This document shows positions 50,456 to 63,381 of a DNA stretch of 64,000 nucleotides, piece by piece (the stretch's first letter is position 1; every line of letters starts with the position of its first letter). The notes beneath the pieces are model-generated. The model searched no databases, was not told the origin of the DNA, and worked only from the letters and a program-made list of their open reading frames with translations. This DNA is from Dicyema japonicum (Eukaryota; Animalia; Dicyemida). Both the position numbers and the translations under genes were made by a program. Where the stretch lies: assembly GCA_011109175.1 (NCBI GenBank), contig RDEW01000056.1, forward strand, positions 62,001 to 126,000, read 5' to 3'.

Positions 50456-50699
50456 TCTTTGCCTATTCCTGATAAAGGCCACTCAACCAGTTGATCAGTT
50501 TAGAATAGTTATTTATAACTTTTTAGTCAAAACCTTTTTTTTAATGCAAGTTAAATTAATTAATTTTTAATTACACACTAAATTGTCGTTGTGTTAGGTT
50601 TTCTATCAACGAAAAAATTTAATCCTTTGCTATATATCTGAAAACCCGTCATTGTCTGGGTCTCAAATTTCCATGATTTCTTCCAAATCGAAAAAGGCA

Positions 50700-51650
50700 A
50701 ATCTCCGAGAGCTATAAACGACCTTAAATCAAAATCCGACCTTTTGATAGGACTGATATAAAAACATTAAAAAAATCCTAAACTAAAATTCAATGAAATT
50801 GGTGAATCAGTGATCGCATGGATTAATTTATGGAGTCAAGTGATGTAGTTCCATCAGATTCTATAATAATCGCAAAGTTTTTAAATTTGGACAAAATGAT
50901 CCGCCATTTATAACAAGTCGTGGGTGGCTAGAAACGTTTAGAATTCGGAATTAAAGACACTTAAAAATTTTAACTTTGGAAATTGTGTTACCTACACATA
51001 TTCTAAAAGAGCATGGAGAATTGTGAAATTTTAAAGAAATGGTTGAGTGATTTTGAATGTGAACTAATATTCGCACTTCTCGATGAACCGTATCAGTTAT
51101 CGCTCCCCTCTGGCAGAGCACACACTTTAAGCAAAGAACAGTTATAATAGCTAATCGAGGGAGGATCAAGGAATGCTCTTCACTTCTTTGTTTTCTTTTT
51201 CTTGACTGTATGTCCTTTATAGACGATCCGGTTCCGCAGTGAAGTTCACTGATGACGGCGTCACTCGTCAAACCAACGCATATTGATGCGTGGACCGTCA
51301 AAAATATTTCAATTAGTAATTGATTTTATTTATGATTAATTTGGACACATTTAATGAAGAAAAATGTAATGAAAATAGTTGAACTTTCGGAATCCCTCAG
51401 AGCTCTGGGGACTATTAAGACTTAGATTATCAAAAGTGCTGATATTGATGATCATGCAAATATTATGGAATTGAAGAAATGCTAAAAAATCAAATAAAAT
51501 ATAAAATTTATGGTTTTTTCGAAAATAAATATTTTTGTATTTATTATTTTTATATTCAATTTTGATTGTACGCTTTAACTAGAATAGATTATTTAAAATT
51601 TAAATTGATTTTATCGAGTCCCAAAATCGGGGGATTATAAGGTTTTACTG
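50700..51650 (+). mobile_element. Decayed pogo/Tigger element with right TIR, interrupted by a SINE-like copy
   Basis: KFNEIGESVIAWIN and FITSRGWLETF (CENP-B-like); GGATTATAAGGTTTTACTG ending at 51650 matches the 31554 terminus. Confidence 0.7.
51097..51294 (-). mobile_element. 5'-truncated copy of the SINE-like element at 58696-58982
   Basis: Shared TTTGA(C/T)GAGTGACGCCGTCATCAGT, ACTGCGGA, A-rich AAGAAGTGAAGA and GGAGC(G/A)ATAA blocks. Confidence 0.75.
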
Positions 51651-53550
51651 ATTAGGGTGATTTTCTGACGACTTTTCCCTTTGTAGGGTGGGAAATACCC
51701 GTCTTGGGCCACCACACGTGCCAATGTCTTCACTTCCAACCTCACGTTGACAGCCGCTTACCAAAGATCAGTCTCACCGAAAGCAAAAAACTCCATGAAA
51801 GAAATATGTGACCTCAGAAAACCAGTCCAGTTTCATCCCCGTCTTCTCCGGGACTAGTCCCAATTCGCCTTCATACATCCCCTGAACCGTCGACAGCCAA
51901 AAGGAGAAGAAAGCCAAGAAAACAGAAGGCTGATTGAGCGCACCTCCATACAAATCGTAGGAGCAATCAATTTAAGTCACTTAAAATCAACAAAATTTCA
52001 CGGAACTACGTAAAAAAGGTTTCCTCGTCAATCGCGTTGGAGGATATGGTAATCTTGCTCAAAACCTCAACTCCCAGAGGAGACACTTTTTGCTAACTTC
52101 AAAACGTTTGTGCATAATCTGTAACTCCTCAAAGTTCAGGTTTTCATATTTCGAATGGACTGTCCTCTCTTCCTCCACGTTTGAAAAACTCTGAACGATT
52201 GAAAACCGGCAGACAAATGCCTAATCAATATTAAGCCCAGGTGGTACATCTATTATTGACTTTTGATCTCAGAGTAGTCCAAAAACGGAATGTCCCTTAG
52301 GCGGAGACCTGTTTTGTAGTAGTAGCGTTGCTGAATGTTGATCACAGTGGCATCAACGAAGAATGTCCCTTTGAAGTTGTCTGTAGTGATATGGGACGTC
52401 AGAAGGCTCCAAAATGAGGTGACTCTGGTCCGCCAAAGGGACCACCACCCATATTGGGAAGTCGGCCTTGGTAATTTTCCCGACTTGCTCTGTTTGGATC
52501 GACACCGACCAAATCTTTGATTGGTCTTAGTATTTTGCAGGGAATATTCAATCTGTGGACAAAATGTCGCTTATACAGAAATAATTTGTATAAAGCAAAT
52601 TCATAACCACACATCACTTAAATTTTCAAATTTATTTATTTAGAACTCAAATTTTTAAATGTCTGAAAATTTAAATATTATTTTATAAAAATATATTTTA
52701 TCAACCCCTGCCAACAAAGTTATGGATAATTATTTCATGTCGGATTGAGAGATATCCACGTGCTGACATCGATATTAAGCTTAATAAACAGATGATCTGA
52801 ACGTGCTGAGGAGCATAAAGGGCGGTCGAAAGAGGTTAGTGAATGGAATCGTTTTGGATGCTGCCACTTGGAAATATAAAAATGTATGTTATAAGGTCTT
52901 TGGGCCGATTGACAACGAAAACCCAGCAAACCTCTCAAGCAATCCACTCTAAATTCTCTTCAAACACTTTATGAAAGTTCATTGATTTCTTTACTTCAGA
53001 ATCTTACATAGGGAGAGTTACTTGGTATTGACAGTACTGTCATATGTGACCTACACAAATGTGCGAACTTGTATTCACATAAGCCACCAGCCTTTTAATG
53101 TAACACTTGTTCAATATGAACACAAACTAGTTTCCTGTGAGCGGTTTCTACTGGTGGAAGGATCCTTTCCCAAGTCACGTCCTACCCACGTTTCCGACTT
53201 TATGGGAACACTTACACTGAAGTAGGTAGAAGAGAGATCCTTTTCGGTTACCGGTCAGTCATTAGACATCTCCTGATTAAGGAAGATTCAACGACGCCTA
53301 TAAGAATGGAAAAAACCAAAAAGCATGGAGGAAGTTTTTACACAAGCGACAGCACTAACCATTTCGCTACCAATTCCTTTTGGCAGCTACTTTCCTGTTA
53401 GCCACCTGTTCCTTTCACTTGAAAGGTGGGGGTAAAAAATAAATAACACGTTTTCATTAAATGCTATTTTAAGCTGCGTTTGTCGTAAATGCTTATGTTC
53501 AAATTGGGAAATTTGTAGTAATAAATGAATGACAGATAAGGGGAGTTCGA

Positions 53551-54016
53551 ATGACGATCTGTTCGCCAGCATTGTGGACCTCTGCTATTGTTGGGTTAAT
53601 AATTAAACTAATCATCGTCTTCGGTCCCTTCTACCAACTTGACAGTAATTTACGTCATCATTTTAGTCATTGTAAGTGATATTAAGTCATTTAAACGGAA
53701 ACAGAAGGAACTTCGCGACTCCAAACGCTTCCTGGTGTACCAACCCTGCCATAAGGCTTGCCTTGAGTTTTCCCCGGAGACTTTTACAGAGATTTTCTTC
53801 CATTCCCCGACTTCAGTGGATTTCTATAAATACGAAAGTTCAGACAAATCCAATTTCTACGTTGGACGCCATGTGAGAACCGTTGGACTTTGTGGGGACG
53901 GAATCTACGTAGTCGTGTCCCCCTCAATAAGTGACCCCAATAATGTGAAAATTATTCATTTTATTGACGGAAACATGCAGGATTCGATTGATCACGGAAA
54001 AATTTACTGTCATTAA
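53551..54016 (+). CDS. Tentative orphan 147-aa protein with N-terminal hydrophobic segment; 22-nt intron 53645-53666
   Basis: GTAATTTACGTCATCATTTTAG intron joins MTICSPALWTSAIVGLIIKLIIVFGPFYQLD in frame to the downstream ORF ending IYCH*. Confidence 0.5.
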
Positions 54017-54049
54017 TTTATATTTCTGTGTAAATGAAGTCTGGAACTG

Positions 54050-54300
54050 TTATTTAGTAACTAAAGAAAGCAGGAGATAGAAGTTCTTTAAGGTGGATAA
54101 GTCGGTAACTACCCTCGACATAAAAATAAGGAGGACCCTAGCGAAACTACGTTCTGGACACTTCCTCCTTGAGACGAGTCGGCATCTTGGCTCCCATTAT
54201 TGAATCATCTACCAATGACACTACGTTAAGCTCGAAGACTTGTGAAAGCGTCCAGACATCTGACGACGGCTGGTCTTATACAAGGTAGTGAGGTCAGGGC
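54050..54300 (+). mobile_element. LINE C-terminal fragment
   Basis: RRTLAKLRSGHFLLETSRH motif. Confidence 0.55.
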
Positions 54301-54649
54301 TACCAGTTAACATTTAACCTATGAGGTGGAAGTGTCGAAAAAATTTCGTAATCTGCAAATCCCACAATCATGGAGACGTGGACGATGACTTGTCTTACCC
54401 AACTTCGTCGTCGTCGTCGAGTCAAATCATGAATTTTTTTCAAAGATACGCCAATTTAGATATTTATTAACTACGAGATACCTCTTCTTTTGACTCGCTC
54501 CGCCTCCGATTTCTGCGCCACACAGATATACCTCAGGAAACGTCCACTTTTGTAGTTACTGTCCTATTAGCTACCGGTTCCCTTCACTTAAAGAAACGGT
54601 AAATTTTATTTATTGTTATTTATTTAAATAATTATAATTGTTGTGGTGT

Positions 54650-56600
54650 TGACATGTCCGTTTCTAATCATACCGAGAAATCGAATCCTATGGGCCTTTC
54701 TGCAAAATCAAATAAAGAAGATAGTATAGTAGAAGCAGGACCGTTGTCTGTGGGGCTGGATAATGTCACAAGAACCAATATCAACATCGTGGGAATATTG
54801 GTGGCAAAATCAACTTGCATTCACTATCTGCCATTATTTAAGAGGTCGACTGTGTCTCTGAAGCTGAGTGAGTATCTCAGATTTTTCTTGCCACGAAATC
54901 AAGAGTTGGAAGGATACCTAGAAGTGGCTGGAACATCGTACTTAAAAAGTTCAATGAAAAGTACTCCAAAAGTTCCAGTCTATGTCAGCTAAAAAAGATG
55001 CTAAAACCTGAAAATCGGAATAACAATGTAAAAAGAGGCGAATGTTTCAAAGTGCAAAATAATACTAATGTGGAAATTTCCACCTTCAGAAATTGCCTTG
55101 AGGAACTAAAAGTACAAATTGAGAAAATTAAGTCAATTCAGAGGGATACTCGAAAACCAACACCCAAAATTCAGAGAAAGTATGTCAGAGTTAATGTTTT
55201 GTCGGGACTAAATTCTGCAATATATTATATTACGAAAGATAATCCGCCTCAAGATATCAATCAAATTACTGATATTCTATATGCTGCACAGTGTGCTTAT
55301 ATGGCTTTAACTGCGAAGGTTAAACCGCAAAGTACGTGGTTGGAGAACACTGCGATGGCTCATATAACTTCTTTATTAAGAAAATGGAATCTTTACATGG
55401 CTTTTTATGTACTGAGATTAACCGAATTATTAATGGGGAATATATGCCTGAAAGTTGGTTTTATACTGGAATAACCTATTTAATTCCTAAAAAGGATGAT
55501 TGTGAGACTCCTAATGACTTACGTCCTATCACGTGTATGCCAACTTTATATAAACTTATCACCAAATGTGTTATTCCAAACTCTCAAGATTTTGGTGGAT
55601 TCGTTTTGGGCTATTATCTGACAATCAGCTGGAACGAGGAACATTGTCAGGGCGTAAGGAACAGGCCCTTATTAATCAATGCTTAAATAAGGAGTATGGA
55701 AACGCCCTTATTCTGCTTGGGTGGATGTGAAGAAGGCTTTGATTCTGTTGACGCATGAATTTTTATTTCATGTATTGGACTGCTCAGGAATACCCCGTTG
55801 GATTGTAAACTTTGTAAAAGACCATAGTCCAGAAGTGGACTGTAAAATCTTCCACTTAGATGGAAGAAGAATTGGTTCTGTAAAACTGGGACGTGGATTC
55901 TGCAAAGGAGATTCATTATCCCCTCAACTATTTGTTATGGGTAATACCCTTGAGCAGGATTAACTTATGTTCCCAAGACTCCAAATTAATCAGGAGGATC
56001 CTTATACACTGACTTATTCTACAAATTATTGTTATTCATTGATGACCTAAAGATATTTGGGCTAAAAGAAGATACTTGTTATTAAAATGATGAAAGTTGT
56101 TCGCGATTTCTTTCATGTTGCCGGCCTGGAGATGAATTCGGAAAAGTCACTTTCTAATGTTAAATCATTATCATGTTGTGAGACTCTGGAAGGAGTCAGA
56201 GGATATCGATATTAGGGTGTTTTTGAAGACGAGGAAGTAATGTTCTTAAAAGCAAAGTTATGGAGTCCATACTTGAAAATGTTAAGAAAAGAATAACCAT
56301 GCATTCCAAAAACAAAGTTAAATTCTGTGAACTTATTTTGTGCAATAAATGAATACGCAATTTCCCTAACTATTATATTGGACTAACCTTAATGAATTTG
56401 ATGATATTGACCAACAAATACGACAACTGCTTGCGTCACTCAAGTTGCACCTCAAACCTGCAAATAAAGATAGGCTGTATTTGGACAGGAAAACTTTTGG
56501 ATATCGTCTCTTCACATTGGTGTACAGTAGCGGTGACACAAAATACACACCCAATCATGTCTCATCATGTGAGAGAATTGGATAGCTCATCTGATGTCAT
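54650..56600 (+). mobile_element. Decayed R4/Dong-like RLE LINE
   Basis: WFYTGITYLIPK, LRPITCMPTLYKLIT, WVDVKKA, KGDSLSPQLFV, LFIDDLK, NEYAIS. Confidence 0.85.
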
Positions 56601-56900
56601 GTCATGACCTCAAAACCTGCATCTCAGCCAAGATTTTCAGTCTTCTTCCGCCACATTGGTTTTTGTAGTATTCGTAACTCACGTTCTTAACATTTAGGTC
56701 GCCCACCAGAAATAGATATTGCATTTTCTTTCAAAGAATTTGTTAATCTATGTAGAACAGTTTCTTATTTCCTTCGATTCAGACCCGAGATATTTATTCA
56801 CGAACTGCAGCAACCGTGTCCATTCAAAAATGGCCTCCAATTAATTTTTTTTTAGGTTTTGGGTAAGTTCATCAATAAACATCACGAGATTTTAGCGAAA

Positions 56901-57085
56901 CGACATCTTTAGGTAAAAAAGTCATCTTTTTTAAATCTTATAAAAATTGATTTTAAGGGGTCCTATGGGTAAGTGAAACATTTACCAAGGTCCTCGACAT
57001 CTTTAGGTAGAAAAGTCATCTATTTAAATCTTATAAAAATTGATTTTAAGGGGTCCTATGGGTGAGCGGAACATTTTACCAAGAC
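56901..57085. repeat. Two tandem ~94-bp copies
   Basis: CGACATCTTTAGGTA...AAGGGGTCCTATGGGT starts at 56901 and again at 56995. Confidence 0.9.
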
Positions 57086-57089
57086 TCGT

Positions 57090-57700
57090 GTACTGGTGGA
57101 TCTGGAGTATTATAAACTACTTTAAATGTGCGAACTGTCAGAAATACTTCCCTTGCTACAAAAAAGTCGCCGAGGAAGGGAATTTTGTGACCCCCACGAG
57201 GACTGACTTTGATTCCCTGACCAACTCTGTGAGTAATTATTGGTCACTTCTCAGGGATGTGCACATCTTGACCATACTCTAGAATTTAGTTGGCGGGATT
57301 TTAAGGGAGAAGATCTCATTGGCAAGGAATTGTTAGAGGGACTTAAGATCAGTGACAACTACCATTGCTCGGTTGGGAGTGATGATGAGTTAGCAGTGCA
57401 GTTATTTTAAGATGTTTGGACCCCTCTGTTATTTTCCCCCACAAAGTTTACCTTGCGAGAAACAATCCCCCAAAAAGCTGGTTATTGTTTTTCTAAACAA
57501 ATCAGAGTACTGGGGAAGGCAATCATTTCATAATGGACGGAAGATGAGCATTGAAGAAAGTGGGACTGCCAAAAGTCAGTGAGACAAAACCAGGACATGC
57601 AAAGACGACAAGGTTACAACAAATGGAAATACTTAGAATACCTAAGAATGACAACCACGTCCAGTTTGGGGAAAGGAAGACGTTTTAGGAGTATTTACCA
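57090..57700 (+). mobile_element. Possible Gypsy-like LTR retrotransposon remnant
   Basis: YWW...C..CQ (integrase zinc-finger-like) and a weak RT-like IRVLG; very decayed. Confidence 0.35.
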
Positions 57701-58244
57701 CAGATTGGAAGTGAATACTGTAAGAGTAATTGTGGACGATAATCAGACGTATAAGTTCAATAACCACGCTTTAAGCGGTTCATTTATTTATTTGTTTCTC
57801 AGTGACGCAATGTAGCTTAGTGTGAGGACACGTGACTTTGTAGGATTTGTTCCATGATTAGAAGATTATTAGACTTCTCAGGAAAGGGTAGCTTAGTATG
57901 GGCGGACGTCGAATTCCTTTTTAGAAGGAAGTCAGGGAAACTCACTAAGTGCCTATGAAGATAGGGTCTTTACAAACCTCAGCCCTCTATCACGTCATGG
58001 TTGTTTAGTTAGAGAACAACGATCCCGACCTTGTAGAATAAAATCAAGGGGACATCTGATAAAGAAGTCCCAACGAGGAAAGGAAGGGTATTTTTGTCGT
58101 TACTCGAGAAATAACGTCAGCCTCCTCCACGAAGAAAATGAACACGCATCGAAATTATATTTATTAAATGTTATTTTTGTGATTTTTTGTTAACGATATT
58201 TTCTGTAGTTTTAGTTAAAATTAAAAAAAAATAAAATTATTCCA

Positions 58245-58450
58245 AAGACCAAAGGTAACTAAACTAACTCCTTGATTTTGACTCGTTCCAGAACTAGTCT
58301 TAAGGTAACAACATTGTCCCCTGGGAACAAATAGCTGGATCCTTTTGATGTCGGCCAGGCATTGGGCGTCTCATCAGTAAGGTGGATCCAATGACGCCAT
58401 CGAAGGAGGAAAATAATTTTTGACCAACTAACCACATAGCACCACACGGT
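58245..58450 (-). mobile_element. LINE 3' end, same family as 49075-49292
   Basis: About 200-bp nucleotide match (CCAGGCATTGGGCGTCTC...GGTGGATCCAATGA...CACATAGCACCACA). Confidence 0.7.
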
Positions 58451-58695
58451 GCCACCGCGGCCATATGTAACATTTCTTCAGGGTATCTCATCCATAGCTC
58501 ACCGTGGACTTTTAATTAAATTACTTATAATTAATTTATAACTATTGATTTTAATAGACTAAACAATTTTTTCTAGGCGAGTTTTTTATTTAATTTTTAA
58601 AAATATTTTGCACCCAAATGCCTGTAGTAAAAAGTACATTGGTTTTAAGACAAAAATTGTTAAATTCTTTTATTTTAATATTATCGTCGTATGTA

Positions 58696-58982
58696 CGCAT
58701 TGGTGGTTAGGTGTCGGGCTAAAGTGACTTAGGTTACGGGTTCGATTCTCGCTGCCGTTCACCTGGTGGAAGGTTCCACGCATTTACGATGCCAAAAGTG
58801 TTTGATGAGTGACGCCGTCATCAGTTGGATACTTACTGCGGATCTGGATTGTCTAGAAAGAACCCACACACAAGAAAAAAAAAAAAAGAAGTGAAGATCA
58901 TTCCTTGGTTCTACGATTAGTTAAAATTAACGGTTCTTTAATTAAAATAAAGCGTGTGTCCTGCCTATGCGGAGCAATAAAT
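58696..58982 (+). mobile_element. tRNA-derived SINE-like element
   Basis: A-box-like TGGTGGTTAGG (58701) and B-box GGTTCGATTC (58739); body shared with 51097-51294. No complete cloverleaf, so not called a tRNA. Confidence 0.7.
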
Positions 58983-59399
58983 ATTATGGCTCTCGTGAAA
59001 AGGGATATTATTATTTACGCATTGCTCTCACATTCCTCGTAAACACTACATGAAGTGTGGAAAAATTATATTTATTACATGTTTTTTTCTAGGCGAGTAG
59101 TCTCTCACCGGAAAGCCGGAAAAGAAAGAGTCATTTTGTCTTCATGTAAGGAATAAAATCAGTCTCCCCCACGTGGAGATGAACACAGATCAAAGAAACA
59201 CTAAACTCCTATACACTAATGATATTCGCTAGATCCCCTAACCATTAAGAAAATATATTTCATATTCCTAGCAGTCCCCTACGTTTCATTTTGGAGGAAC
59301 AGTCTCTGTTCAATACAGTGATCTTAGACCTCCCAATATTTGACATTGAAAACTCAGCTAGAATTCTATCACTCTCCCTACTGCATCTCTAAGCATATG

Positions 59400-60095
59400 G
59401 TATTCGTCAGCTTTGTAGTGGCTGTGATGAATAGGTGGAGTATTCACCTGAACTATAATAGGCACTGGATAGGCGAGGTAAAACTCAAGAGGGGGATCCT
59501 TCAGCGAGATAGCATGTCTCCGCTACTCTTTGTTCTCTGTTTGGAGCCATTGGCTAACAAACCAGTAACGATCGCGTTTCGTTTGCGCCTCTATAATGCT
59601 TTCGTAAAGCCGGTCCTTCTATATAACTCTTTCTGCTACGGGTCCTCGGTCTCAGAAACCAAAAATCATAACTCCTTCCACCAAAGGCAATTACGGATAC
59701 AACAATGAGGCACTGTACCAAAAGTGCTCAACGCGACCTGTGACTTGGGATGTGGTGGAGGCCCGATGGAGACTATTTGGACACGTCCTACATCACCTGC
59801 AAATTTGACAATGGAGGAATATTTCACTGCAAGTGGAAAGAAATATCGGGGAAGCCCACGTACTACGCTACCTGGGGTGCTGGATGAGGATCTCAAGGCA
59901 ATCAACCGGAGGCTCGTAAGTGGGGAGGATCTGGATGATATGAGAAGTTTGGCGTGTAACAAGGGAGGATGGGCGAGATTGATCCGAAAAATCGCTTTAA
60001 GGTGGAAATATGACAAGTATGTTTCTAGGATAGTTGCCTATAATAATAATTGCCTGGTCAAAAAGAAAGTCCTCAACTAACTAATAAATAAGCCA
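59400..60095 (+). mobile_element. R4-like RT fragment fused in frame to an RTE 3' end
   Basis: 59403-59550 nearly equals 61450-61600; then RLRLYNAFVKPVLLYNS and YRGSPRTTLPGVLDEDL (RTE C-terminus). Confidence 0.8.
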
Positions 60096-60129
60096 AGTTC
60101 CCACGCATAAAGCGATGAGTGTACTTTAC

Positions 60130-60370
60130 AATTTAATTTATTAACTCCGGATACACCGAGGAGTTAAAGTAAACAACTAAATAAGTGTGTCCAGTTTCCA
60201 CTTCCACAGAAACAAAGTCCATACGGAATCAGCATAAAGAGTAAGACGTCCATAGTTGCAGTTGTGGAAACCCCTCCAGTGAAGAGGGGGAGAGCAAATC
60301 ATCCTTTTTCGTGCCGGCCTGGCACTGGCCGCCACCTAGACAGGTGAATCACATGGCATCACTCTAATAG
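60130..60370 (-). mobile_element. Non-coding dispersed repeat (second copy of 22120-22310)
   Basis: Same shared blocks as 22120-22310. Confidence 0.65.
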
Positions 60371-60699
60371 GGAGAGAGAGTGAGTGGTCGATTGGTCTAA
60401 TATAAAAAGTGCTTGTTGGGCATAAACAAAAGCAAAAATAATTTGTACTTTACAATCATCACGTCTTCTGAATTCCGGTCCTTCCTGGACATGTGACATC
60501 TCGAAAATTGAAGAAGGCATAAAACAGAAAGACGTGGTAATTGAACCCACAACCAATCGGGAACGAGGGCAACAATAGCCAGTAGGCCGTCATGAGTTTT
60601 ATCTTCAGTAACTTAACATTTAAAAAATAAATATTTATTTATTTAAAACCAAGAATATAAACACAAAATATATAAATAATTATATTAATATAATAAGAG

Positions 60700-63270
60700 G
60701 AAACTCTATACACATGAAAGTCGGTGTAAGAGAAGGAGAGAAAATAATCTGGTTGAGTTTAATCGCAGATTGTTTTACCGTCGCCTACACGAAAATGGCC
60801 ATAGTGTATGTTCCCAGCAGGACGCGGAAATTCTTTCCACATGGGGTAGTATGTGGGAGGCTAAACCACGCAGAGGAAATGCGTGGAATGTCCCGTACAG
60901 CGCCGCTCCTTTCTTGGCGGAATCTTGCGGAATTTTCGATTTTCACAAGAAATTTGAGGCGGTAGTGAGACATCTCCCTGATTGGAAAACGACCGGGGTC
61001 GATAAAGTTTATAATTTCTTTATCAAAAGATGCACTTCATTACACGAGTCTATGTGTCGTGTATTACAGAAAAGCGTCACTAACCCGGAAACGATTCCTG
61101 ATTGGGCATGCACAGGGACAACTTATTTGATCCCAAAGCTGGACAACCCCCAGTCTGCTGCAGATTATCGACCGATAACCTGCATGCCAACCCTGTATAA
61201 GCTGATGACCAAATTGGTGGCTAATGAGGTCAGGAGCTTTGTAGACGCAAATGGGATTCTCTCCGAGAATCAGTTGGGAACTGTGCGAAATTGTCAGGGG
61301 GCAAAAGAGCAGGCTTTGATCAACAAATGCCTTTCTGTGTCTCACGGAAACTCACTTTTGTCTATGTGGGTGGATGTGAAGAAGGCTTACGATTCAGTTG
61401 ATCATTCTTACCTTGTCGAGTGCCTACACAGTCTGTGTATGCCTGTGTGGTTCATCAGCTTTGTAGTGGCTGTGATGAATAGGTGGAGTATTCATCTGAA
61501 CTATAATAGGCACCGGATAGGCGAGGTAAAACTCAAGAGGGGGATCCTTCAGGGGATAGCATGTCTCCGCTACTCTTTGTTCTCTGTTTGGAGCCATTGA
61601 GTCGCCGCCTCAATGACCGGTTTGAGCAAATACCAGTTCATTGTGAAGGGGTTGTTTCAGTACAAATCACTTCTTTTTATCGATGACTTGAAGATGTATG
61701 CTCGAACAGCCGAGGAGCTCTACTCCATGGGGGTCTGTGCCAGGGAATTCTTTGAGAGTATAGGCTAGATTTGAATTATTCAAAGTCTGCGACTAACACG
61801 CAAGTATGTAGCGAGTTAGTAAGAGTCCTAGAGGAACACGAAGGATATAAGTATCTGGGTGTTACCGAATCTCCAAAGTCCCTTATAATGCCTGAGACAA
61901 AGCGACAAATTACTGAAGGCATCCGTAAAAGAGCAGCGTTATTGTGTAAGACGTCTCTAAATGCAAGGAATTTGTTCCTAGCATTAAATGAGTATGCTGT
62001 CTCGCTGCTAAACTACTACATAGGTGTTGTGGAGTTTGAGCCCAAAGAGTATGATGAGATGGATGTTATGATCCGTGGAGTACTCAGAGAGAACCATGTC
62101 CATGTGTTGGCAGCCAATAAGGAGAGACTATATTTACCCCGTGATAAATTCGGCCGTGGACTGTGTGGAGTAGTCCAACTAAGTGAGCGTATCCTAATGC
62201 GAATGCACGACACCCTGATAGCTGGGTCAAGTGTGTCTGCTAGGAAGCACGCCATAATAACGACCGAGAAAACACGGGCAACCCACCTAGGCACTATCAG
62301 ACCTTTTTTGTCTGCTAAGTATGGTGTTGATGATGGTGGGCTAGTAAATGTGAAGGCGTTGATCGAATTACAATATAATAATTTGATGGAAAAGATCAAC
62401 TTAAAAAGCCTTCATAAGGTCCTCTTCAGAGCATTGGACAACCCACATGTCGACCTTAAGTCGTCGACAATATGGCTAAAATACGGTGACAACTCACCTC
62501 GATCGGAGGCGTTGTACACGTATATGCAAGACCGCAATATTTTTTGGGGTCGATCAACAAATACATGTCCCCACTGTAAGTCAAGGAGCATGTCGGTTGA
62601 TCATTTAGCCACTCGATGTGGATCCATGCTCTGCCACGACTATGTGTGGAGGCATAACGAGGTAGTAAGGAGTCTTCATCTTCTACTATGCAATAAGTAT
62701 GGTATTCGCCACACCAGAAAGTTGCGGACTCATAAGGTGCAATCTGTAGTAGAGAACACCAGGTTCTAAATTAAGGTAGACAGTGTTATCCGTACCTCGG
62801 TGCTAATCAAGCACAATAAACCGGACATTGTGGTACACGATAAGGAGTCTGGCCAAGTCCTTATCATAGAGTTGGCATCACGTCTCAAGACCGTTTGCAG
62901 ACTGTGGAGGTGGAGAAAAAAAGGAAGTATGACTTTCTTGCAAACGAGATGGGGCAGATTAGTTGCAAAGTCCTCATTATTCCTATAGTAATGACGTGGG
63001 AAGGAATTGCATCAAAGTACCACAAGGGTTATCTGAAGCAGTTAGGGGTAGATAGGAAGCTCCAGGCCTATCTACAGTCCACTGTGTTAAAGCGGACCCT
63101 AGAGAGCTTGACACTGGAGTATAGGAGGAAGAGCCCTGAGATGCCATACGGGCAGAGGGTTCAATTTGACAATGCGCTCTCGGAGTTGTTTCAGCAACCA
63201 GAATCGAACCTGCCTGAGGAGGCGGCGAACAGGCAGACGAGGATGGTTGTTGATTAATAAATATATTAAC
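60700..63270 (+). mobile_element. R4/Dong-like RLE LINE, RT to 3' end, few frameshifts
   Basis: ORF pieces 60770-61600, 61771-62769 and 62800-63257; CQGAKEQALIN, WVDVKKAYDSVDH, LFIDDLK; CPHC...HLATRC; RHNEVV; NKPDIV; EKKRKY. Confidence 0.92.
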
Positions 63271-63381
63271 TTTTTTATTGTTTGTTAAATAAAGGTGGTA
63301 AATAAGTTATTGTCTCTTTTATTTTCTTTTATTATAATAAATTTTTTGAATAATTTAATTAATTAATTGATTCACTATTGC

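Noticed and set aside
51249-51273. Hammerhead-like CTGATGA-C-GGCG(TCACT)CGTC-AAAC
   Set aside because: The invariant G of GAAA is missing in both copies, stems I and III with a cleavage triplet could not be built, and it lies antisense to the SINE.
52335-53500. Several 60-70 aa ORFs
   Set aside because: No motifs, and no consistent mini-intron model joining them could be built.
58337-58390. CTGATGA-containing hairpin on the minus strand as a hammerhead ribozyme
   Set aside because: No GAAA half-core, the 49.2 kb copy lacks CTGATGA, and the region reads as a LINE C-terminal coding end.
58696-58770. A functional tRNA gene
   Set aside because: A/B boxes are present but the acceptor and anticodon stems do not pair convincingly; it continues into a repeat body.
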